Below are positions 55,291 through 64,000 of a stretch of DNA of 64,000 bases, piece after piece. A program made the position numbers and the translations under genes. Source of the DNA: Macrostomum lignano (taxonomy: Eukaryota); contig NIVC01000037.1 in assembly GCA_002269645.1 (NCBI GenBank), forward strand, positions 1,205,182 to 1,269,181, read 5' to 3'. The first letter of the stretch is position 1; every line of letters starts with the position of its first letter. The notes beneath the pieces are model-generated. The model searched no databases. It was not told the origin of the DNA and saw only the letters and a program-made list of their open reading frames with translations.

Positions 55291-56829
55291 AATCAGGGCC
55301 TTTTGTCGCAGGGATGTCCAGACATTCTGATCATGCTCATCATTTCGTTGCTCCTCCTCACTCTTCGAAATTCAACTGTCAATTGCTGGGTTTGTTAGCG
55401 ATCAAGTGCGACCTGGGATCAAATTGAATACTAATTTTCTAAGAATTTCGTGGTCAAGATCAGCCAGATTGCAGACCTAGCTGTAATCTCCTATCTCCCT
55501 CCGTGGTCTTTGTGGCCGCCAGTCTTTGTCCGGCGTTAACGGTCCATCAAATCTCTGTCTGCGGCGGCCTCCCCCTCCCGCCGCTTGTTTTCCAGCGCAA
55601 CCTGTTCATCAGGCAGGACCATGGGAGAAATCGAATTTAGGGATCGAATCATGTCTGCTGCCCCATCCCCCGACGCGCTTCAAGTGTCTGCATGCACCGG
55701 CGGCAACTTTTTTCTTTCCCATCTTTCTCTTCTTTTTTCCCCAGCCCCTGGTTTCCTCTCTTTTCATCGCAGTTGCCAAGGGCGCCTCCATTCATCCTTG
55801 ACGGTTGTGGCAACCCCCCTCTCCACCTCACTGATTCTTCCCAGATCTGCCAGCTTCCCAGAAGGCCAATTATCTCCCAAAGCTTCATCGTGAGCAATCG
55901 CTTTATGTAAGATGCTTCGCAGCTACGGTGTCCCGGGTGCCGCTCCGCCCCCCGTCCCCCAACACCCCCCCCTGGCGCTTGTGTTTACCCTCCGCCAGGT
56001 TCCTCTGATCCCATCCTCCGCTGCCTGCATCAGGCTGCTTCATCATTTTGCCAGCTTCCCCCTTCACTTTCCCGCGCTTTCGGTTAGCAACTAAAATCCT
56101 GCCAGAGGCCACCACTGAATGATGATTATTATTAAGATGATGGGACTTATCACTGCGCGCATCTATACACACACTTATACACACGGTACGTGACAAGTCT
56201 GACCGCCTTTAGCAAGTGGGTTCGAATCGCAGAAAATCCCTGAAAATTTATTGCCCAATACTTGGCTAATTATTGCAGGGTGAAATCGAGCTGCACTAAC
56301 TAATCAAAATCGTTTCTTGTCAAGATTTCTGTTTCTCCTGCAACTTGTTCAGCTTCAGAGAAATGTCTGCTTATAGTAGTTTGCTGCGTCGGTGCAGTGC
56401 GTGCTGCTTGCAGTGATCCCCTGTCCATACATTGGCCGCGGTAATCCATCACCGCGAGAGCCGCGTGGGCTTCGGGCTGCCACCTCCGCCCACCCCGAGT
56501 TTTCAACACGCGCCGATCTAGTCCGAGGGAAAAAAAGAGGAAAATAGGGCTCCTACGTTTATCCCTTTTGATTTCCTGCCTATTTTTCTGCTTCTTTATT
56601 CGATAATCAATTTGCGTCTTGCGCGGCGCGCTTGCGCAATTTATTTGCTAGATGATCTTCGCTGTGCATCACAGATTGTTAGCGACTGCTGGTTCGGTTC
56701 TTTGCGAACTTTTTTTATTCACTGATAAACTCACTGCTGTGGGGCTACTTTGGACCCCTTTGTTTATCATTTTAACTGGGTTGCTTCTTAGTTCCAGCTA
56801 CCGCCTCCTCTGCCGCTTCTGTCCGCAGC

Positions 56830-59800
56830 TTTTCCACCTGCCCTCCTCTCTCCTCTCCTCTCTCCTCTCATCTCCTCTCCTCTCCTCTCCTCTCCTCTCT
56901 CTCCTCTCCTCTCCTCTCTCTCCTCTCCTCTCCTCTCCTCTCCTCTCCTCTCTCCTCTCCTCTCCTCTCCTCTCTCCTCTCCTCTCCTCTCCTCTCCTCT
57001 CCTCTCTCCTCTCATCTCCTCTCCTCTCCTCTCCTCTCTCCCCTCCTTTCTTCTCTCTCTCTCCTCTCCTCTCCCCTCTCCTCTCATCTCCTCTCCTCTC
57101 CTCTCCTCTCTCCTCTCCTCTCCTCTCTCTCTCTCCTCCTCTCCTCTCTCCTCTCTCCTCTCCTCTCTCTCCTCTCTTCTCTCCTCTCCTCTATCCTCTC
57201 TCCTCTCCTCTCCTCTCCTCTCTCTCCTCTCCTCTCCTCTCCTCTCTCCTCTCCTCTCCTCTCCTCTCTCCTCTCCTCTCCTGTCCTCTCCTCTCTCCTC
57301 TCCTCTCCTCTCCTCTCCTCTCTCCTCTCATCTCCTCTCCTCTCCTCTCTCCCCTCCTTTCTTCTCTTCTCTCTCCTCTCCTCTCCCTCTCCTCTCATCT
57401 CCTCTCCTCTCCTCTCCTCTCTCTCTCTCTCTCCTCTCCTCTCCTCTCCTCTCCTCTCCTCTCTCTCTCTCCTCTCCTCTCTCCTCTCTTCTCTCCTCTC
57501 CTCTATCCTCTCTCCTCTCCTCTCCTCTCCTCTCCTCTCCTCTCTCCTCTCCTCTCCTCTCCTCTCTCCTCTCCTCTCCTGTCCTCTCCTCTCTCCTCTC
57601 CTCTCCTCCCTCCTCTCTCCTCTCTCTCTCCTCTCCTCTCTCCTCTCCTCTCTCCTCTCCTCTCCTGTCCTCTCCTCTCTCCTCTCCTCTCCTCTCCTCT
57701 CCTCTCCTCTCTCCTCTCATCTCCTCTCCTCTCCTCTCTCCCCTCCTTTCTTCTCTTCTCTCTCCTCTCCTCTCCCCTCTCCTCTCATCTCCTCTCCTCT
57801 CCTCTCTCCTCTCCTCTCCTCTCCTCTCCTCTCCTCTCCTCTCCTCTCCTCTCCTCTCCTCTCTCCTCTCTCCTCTCCTCTCTCCTCTCTTCTCTCCTCT
57901 CCTCTATCCTCTCTCCTCTCCTCTCCTCTCATCTCCTCTCCTCTCCTCTCTCTCTCCCCTCCTTTCTTCTCTTCTCTCTCCTCTCCTCTCCCCTCTCCTC
58001 TCATCTCCTCTCCTCTCCTCTCCTCTCTCCTCTCCTCTCCTCTCCTCTCCTCTCCTCTCCTCTCCTCTCTCCTCTCTCCTCTCCTCTCTCCTCTCTTCTC
58101 TCCTCTCCTCTATCCTTCTCTCCTCTCCTCTCCTCTCCTCTCCTCTCCTCTCTCTCCTTCTCCTCTCTCTCTCCTCTCCCTCCTCTCTCCTCTCCTCTCC
58201 TGTCCTCTCCTCTCCTCTCCTCTCCTCTCCTCTCCTCTCTCCTCTCATCTCCTCTCCTCTCCTCTCTCCCCTCCTTTCTTCTCTTCTCTCTCCTCTCCTC
58301 TCCCTCTCCTCTCATCTCCTCTCTCTCTCCTCTCCTCTCTCCTCTCCTCTCCTCTCCTCTCCTCTCCTCTCCTCTCCTCTCTCCTCTCTCTCTCTCCTCT
58401 CTCCTCTCTCTCTCTCTCTCCTCTATCCTCTCTCCTCTCCTCTCCTCTCCTCTCCTCTCCTCTCTCCTCTCCTCTCCTCTCTCTTCCTCTCCTCTCCTGT
58501 CCTCTCCTCTCTCCTCTCCTCTCCTCCCTCCTCTCTCTCTCTCTTCTCTCCTCTCCTCTCTCTCTCTCCTCTCTCTCTCCTCTCCTGTCCTCTCCTCTCT
58601 CCTCTCCTCTCCTCTCCTCTCCTCTCCTCTCTCCTCTCATCTCCTCTCCTCTCCTCTCTCCTCTCCTCTCCTGTCCTCTCCTTCTCCTCTCCTCTCCTCC
58701 CTCCTCTCTCCTCTCTTCTCTCTCTCTCCTCTCTCCTCTCCTCTCTCCTCTCCTCTCCTGTCCTCTCCTCTCTCCTCTCCTCTCCTCTCCTCTCCTCTCT
58801 CCTCTCCTCTCCTGTCCTCTCCTCTCTCCTCTCCTCTCCTCTCCTCTCCTCTCTCCTCTCATCTCCTCTCCTCTCCTCTCTCCCCTCCTTTCTTCTCTTC
58901 TCTCTCCTCTCCTCTCCCCTCTCCTCTCATCTCCTCTCCTCTCCTCTCCTCTCTCCTCTCCTCTCCTCTCCTCTCCTCTCCTCTCCTCTCCTCTCTCCTC
59001 TCTCCTCTCCTCTCTCCTCTCTTCTCTCCTCTCCTCTATCCTCTCTCCTCTCCTCTCCTCTCCTCTCCTCTCCTCTCTCCTCTCCTCTCCTCTCCTCTCT
59101 CCTCTCCTCTCCTGTCCTCTCCTCTCTCCTCTCCTCTCCTCCCTCCTCTCTCCTCTCTTCTCTCCTCTCCTCTCTCCTCTCCTCTCTCCTCTCCTCTCCT
59201 GTCCTCTCCTCTCTCCTCTCCTCTCCTCTCCTCTCCTCTCCTCTCTCCTCTCATCTCCTCTCCTCTCCTCTCTCCCCTCCTTTCTTCTCTTCTCTCTCCT
59301 CTCCTCTCCCCTCTCCTCTCATCTCCTCTCCTCTCCTCTCTCCTCTCCTCTCTCTTCTCTCCTCTCCTCTCCTCTCCTCTCCTCTCCTCTCCTCTCTCCT
59401 CTCTCCTCTCCTCTCTCTCTCTTCTCTCCTCTCCTCTATCCTCTCTCCTCTCCTCTCCTCTCCTCTCCTCTCCTCTCCTCTCTCCTCTCCTCTCCTCTCC
59501 TCTCTCCTCTCCTCTCCTGTCCTCTCCTCTCTCCTCTCCTCTCCTCCCTCCTCTCTCCTCTCTTCTCTCCTCTCCTTTCTTCTCTCTCTCTCTCTCCTCT
59601 CCTCTCTTCTCTCCTCTCCTCTCCTCTCCTCTCCTCTCCTCTCCTCTCCTCTCCTCTCTCCTCTCCTCTCTTCTCTTCTCTCTCCTCTCTCTCTCCTCTC
59701 TCCTCTCCTCTCTCCTCTCCTCTCTCCTCTCATCTCCTCTCTCCTCTCTCCTCTCTCCTCTCCTCTCCTCTCTCCTCTCCTCTCTCCTCTCTCTCTCCTC

Positions 59801-59840
59801 TCCTCTTTCCTCTCCTCTCTCCTCTCCTCTCTCCTCTCAA
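56830..59840. repeat. ~3-kb polypyrimidine (CTCTC)n/(CT)n tract
   Basis: Almost exclusively C/T; source of the 1096-aa SPLLS ORF. Confidence 0.98.
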
Positions 59841-59947
59841 CTCTTATCCTTCTTCTTTAATCATTTGTCTCATCTTTCCTTTTCATCTCTCTCTCCTAAG
59901 TCGAATCTTCTCTCTTTTCTTTCATTCTTCCCTTCCAACTGACCCAG

Positions 59948-60049
59948 CAGCTGCACGCATCCACACCAGACTCGAAGTCCTTTTACTGTCTGGCAATATG
60001 CGACATGAATTCATCATGCAATGCAGCTCTGCGATGACAGACAGTCAGG
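59948..60049 (+). CDS. Candidate upstream exon of the T-box gene (..MRHEFIMQCSSAMTDSQ)
   Basis: acccag acceptor, open frame, CAGG/gcaagt GC-type donor in the phase 1 needed for 61388; no homology support. Confidence 0.35.
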
Positions 60050-60749
60050 GCAAGTAAAAACACTTTAAAACCTTTTTAAAAAAACTTCTGCTAGTACTTT
60101 TAGTTAAAAGTTAACTATTTCTGCAAAGCCCATCACGCAGGCTTTGCTACTAGAAGAAAAAATTACTAGAAATCTTGAATCTCAGCTTGCATTGGGAGCA
60201 TGGCTATACTAAATATTATAATATTTTCGAAGCCCGTCTTTAAAGGAACAGATGAGGAAGGGAACCTTGCTGATTGGGGGGGGGGCTAACAGAGTTTGGT
60301 AGGAGGAGAAAGCGGCAAACTGTGTGAAGTAGAAAACAAAAAGCTTGCGGTCTTCACTTTGGTGGGAGGGGTTTGGTCATAAATATTCGCACCTGGGCCG
60401 CCAATCGTAAAGCTGACAGGAGCAGGCTAGGCCCGCCGGGTTATTTTCCAGCGCGCGGATTTCGCTTTTATTATTGAGAGACCACCAGCTTTTATGATGC
60501 TCATATCTGCTGCGCAACGGGGGGAGAAAGGAGTTTAGCAGTGTTATTATTCCGTAAAATCTCCGCATTTCTGGCATCAATTTATGCCGATCGGGTTTTT
60601 TGATTTTTCCTTCTTTGAAAAAGACGCGTAAACAACTTTGAAAATTTTATCTTTCACAAGGGGGAGATCGAACTGGGATCTGGGATCTTTTTGGCGGCTT
60701 AAAAATGCAATATTCCGGGAGCGAGTTGGTAGCTTAGTCTTGACTCCGC

Positions 60750-61320
60750 CACTCTCATCCTATGCTTGCCCTACTCTCATCCTATGCTTGCCCTACTCTC
60801 ATCCTATGCTTGCCCTACTCTCATCCTATGCTTGCCCTACTCTCATCCTATGCTTGCCCTACTCTCATCCTATGCTTGCCCTACTCTCATCCTATGCTTG
60901 CCCTACTCTCATCCTATGCTTGCCCTACTCTCATCCTATGCTTGCCCTACTCTCATCCTATGCTTGCCCTACTCTCATCCTATGCTTGCCCTACTCTCAT
61001 CCTATGCTTGCCCTACTCTCATCCTATGCTTGCTCTACTCTCACCTTGCCTACACCACTCTCACCTTGCTACTCTACTCTCACCTTGCCTACTCTACTCT
61101 CACCTTGCCTACTCTACACTCGCCTTGCTACTCTACTCTCACCTTACCTACTCTCACCTCTCATCCCATGCTTACCCTACTCTCACCTTGCCTACCTCAC
61201 TCTCATCTTACCTACATCACTCTCATCTTACCTACCCTACTCTCACCTTACCTACCTCACTCTCATCATACCTACCCTAGCTCGTACTCTCACCTTACCT
61301 ACCTCACTCTCACTCAGCCC
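60750..61320. repeat. 22-bp minisatellite decaying rightward
   Basis: ctactctcatcctatgcttgcc. Confidence 0.93.
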
Positions 61321-61387
61321 ACCACACTGTCAACCTACCCAGTCTAACAGTGAATAAACAGTTATTTTTCAAACAAACCAGTTTCAG

Positions 61388-62884
61388 ATTTGCAATCTGC
61401 AAACTGCCTGCTGGAGAACCGGCATCTCTGGGACGAATTTGACAAGCTGGGCACTGAGATGATTGTCACCAAGGCTGGCAGGTGCGAATTAGAATGATAA
61501 AAAAAGAATTCGACATTCAGACTACTATTGTGAATGTTTATTTGATAAAAATATTAATTAATAAATAAACACAAGGACAGCCTGTGAATATTGTCAGAAA
61601 CAGGTGAGGAATAGAGTCAGAGACTGGTGAGGAATAGAGTCAGAAACAGGTGAGGAATAGAGTCAGAGACTGGTGAGGAATTGAGTCAGAAACAGGTGAG
61701 GAATAGAGTGAGAAACAGGTGAGGAATAGAGTCAGAAACAGGTGAGGAATAGAGTCAGAAACAGGTGAGGAATAGAGTCAGAAACAGGTGAGGAATAGAG
61801 TGAGAAAACAGGTGAGGAATAGAGTCAGAAACAGGTGAGGAATAGAGTCAGAAACAGGTGAGGAATAGAGTGAGAAACAGGTGAGGAATAGAGTGAGAAA
61901 CAGGTGAGGAATAGAGTGAGAAACAGGTGAGGAATAGAGTCATGCAGCTGAGGGACAAGTCCTTAAAGGCATTAAACAAATAATCCCGCTCTCGCTCTGC
62001 CGCGAACCGCAGGCGCATGTTCCCAAGCGTACCAAGTGAGGCTCACCGGCCTGGATCCAGGGCCAGCTTTGCCCTGATGCTCGACTTTGCACCGTGCGAC
62101 GATAAACGATATCGATACAGCTTCCACTCATCCCAGCTGGATCGTGGCGGGTGAGGCTCAGTGAAACCCCGTCTGACTCCCAACCTGACGATTCTCTATC
62201 CTGTCTGACTCCCAACCTGACCGATTCCCTATCCTGTCTGACTCCCAACCTGACTGATTCTCTATCCTGTCTGACTCCCAACCTGACCGATTCTCTATCC
62301 TGTCTGACTCCCAACCTGACTGATTCTCTATCCTGTCTGACTCCCAACCTGACCGATTCCCTATCCTGTCTGACTCCCAACCTGACTGATTCTCTATCCT
62401 GTCTGACTCCCAAACTGACCGATTCTCTATCCTGTCTGACTCCCAAACTGACGATTCTCTATCCTGTCTGACTCCCAACCTGACCGATTCTCTATCCTGT
62501 CTGACTCCCAACCTGACCGATTCTCTTTCCTGTCTGACTCCCAACCTGTCTGATTCTCTATCCTGTCTGACTCCCAACCTGACCATTCTCTATCCTGTCT
62601 GACTCCCAACCTGACTGATTCTCTATCCTGTCTGACTCCAACCTGACCCATTCTCTATCCTGTCTGACTCCCAACCTGACTGATTCTCTATTCTGTCTGA
62701 CTCCAACCTGACCGATACCCTATCCTGTCTGACTCTCCAATCTGACAGGCAAAGGCGATCCGCAGGCGGCAGGCAGGGTGCATGTGCACCAGGACAGTCC
62801 CGCCAGGGGCGCGCACTGGATGAAACAGGCGGTCACGTTGACAAACTGAAGCTGACCAACAACCCCCACCGACGGGGCGGTCAC
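61388..62884 (+). CDS. TBX1: T-box transcription factor, TBX1 subfamily (partial; four homopolymer indels)
   Basis: Exons 61388-61481 ([19 protein letters not shown]), 62013-62150 ([21 protein letters not shown]) and 62749-62884 ([31 protein letters not shown]), at T-box-typical intron positions; the 3' part probably lies beyond the window. Confidence 0.85.
61590..61942. repeat. 23-bp minisatellite (T-box intron)
   Basis: gaaacaggtgaggaatagagtca. Confidence 0.95.
62170..62745. repeat. 33-bp minisatellite (T-box intron)
   Basis: tgactcccaacctgaccgattctctatcctgtc, with sporadic single-base dropouts. Confidence 0.95.
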
Positions 62885-63074
62885 GTGAGCTCTGCATGGG
62901 ATCACTGATTGGCTTGATAAAGGAACATTATCGATTGAAAGGGAAACCAGACCTTGCCAGAAGTCAAGGCGACAGTAGACCCAGAGCCAGCGAGAAGGAC
63001 AAATTCCCACTACACTGACCCCTGAGCATGCAGGCGCCACACCAGGGCCTTTTCGTCAGGCAGTGTCAAAGTTT

Positions 63075-64000
63075 CAGGGGTGATTTAGACACAGCTTCAG
63101 AGACGGTTTAGACACAGCTTCAGGGCTGGTTTAGACACAGCTTCAGGGGCGGTTTAGACACAGCTTCAGGGGCGGTTTAGACACAGCTTCAGGGGCGGTT
63201 TAGACACAGCTTCAGGGGCGGTTTTAGACACAGCTTCAGGGGCGGTCTAGACACAGCTTCAGGGGCGGTTTAGACACAGCTTCAGGGGCGGTTTAGACAC
63301 AGCTTCAGGGGCGGTTTAGACACAGCTTCAGGGGCGGTCTAGACACAGCTTTAGGGGCGTCTAGACAAAGCTTCAGGGGCGGTCTAGACACAGCTTCAGG
63401 GGCGGTCTAGACACAGCTTCAGGGGCGGTTTTAGACACAGTTTCAGGGGTGATTTAGACACAGCTTCAGGGGCGGTTTAGACACAGTTTCAGGGGTGATT
63501 TAGACACAGCTTCAGAGACGGTTTAGACACAGCTTCAGGGGCGTTTAGACACAGCTTCAGGGGCGGTCTAGACACAGCTTCAGGGCGGTCTAGACAAAGC
63601 TTCAGGGCGGTCTAGACACAGCTTCTGGGGCGGTCTAGACACAGCTTCAGGGGCGGTCTAGACACAGCTTCAAGGCGGTCTAGACACAGCTTCAGGGGCG
63701 GTCTAGACAAAGCTTCAGGGGGCGGTCTAGACACAGCTTCAGGGAGGTCTAGACACAGCTTCAGGGGCGTCTAGACACAGCTTCAGGGGCGGTCTAGACA
63801 CAGCTTCAGGGGCGGTAGACACAGCTTCAGGGCGGTCTAGACACAGCTTCAGGGGCGGTCTAGACACAGCTTCAGGGGCGGTCTAGACACAGCTTCAAGG
63901 GCGGTCTAGACACAGCTTCAGGGGCGGTCTAGACAAAGCTTCAGGGCGGTCTAGACACAGCTTCAGGGGAGGTCTAGACACAGCTTCAGGGAGGTCTAGA
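63075..64000. repeat. 23-bp minisatellite running off the window
   Basis: gacacagcttcaggggcggtcta, with frequent homopolymer length variation. Confidence 0.96.

Noticed and set aside
55526-56200. GC-rich short ORFs as T-box first exon
   Set aside because: No convincing donor or phase link; may be a promoter or UTR, but unsupported.
56652-59942. 1096-aa SPLLS ORF and the antisense ERRGE ORFs
   Set aside because: Translation of a (CTCTC)n tract that lacks stop codons; no coding signature.
62013-62884. Calling the T-box gene a pseudogene
   Set aside because: All lesions are homopolymer indels in a visibly error-prone stretch, the corrected protein is well conserved, and splice sites are intact.

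Overview
Eukaryotic (metazoan) genomic DNA, not prokaryotic. GC-rich, Ala/Gly/Ser-rich coding exons are separated by introns largely filled with tandem repeats; this style suggests a Macrostomum-like flatworm assembly (inference only). I reconstructed six gene models by hand from GT/GC-AG boundaries, reading-frame phase and recognisable motifs. (1) PDE8-like phosphodiesterase (-, 11 exons, 18990->658; REC and PAS present, catalytic domain off the left edge). (2) An intronless 447-aa orphan ORF (-, 26856-28199). (3) A complete INTS3/SOSS-A gene (-, 10 exons, ~1225 aa). (4) NUDT1/MTH1 (+, 2 exons), head-to-head with INTS3. (5) An ABHD6-like alpha/beta-hydrolase (+, 3 exons) lacking the nucleophile Ser and carrying an in-frame 21 x 7-aa repeat, with a GC-AG intron. 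(6) A TBX1-subfamily T-box gene (+, partial) with four homopolymer indels that cancel in pairs. More than 35 distinct micro/minisatellite arrays explain most long ORFs in the track, which are artefacts. Best leads: the pseudo-hydrolase and its coding minisatellite; intron-private minisatellites with unit lengths near multiples of ~10.5 bp; a CpG-rich divergent promoter bracketed by 31-bp inverted repeats and CpG-depleted flanks; and the orphan gene. No rRNA, tRNA, CRISPR array or autonomous transposase was recognised. All homology calls come from remembered family motifs, not database searches.
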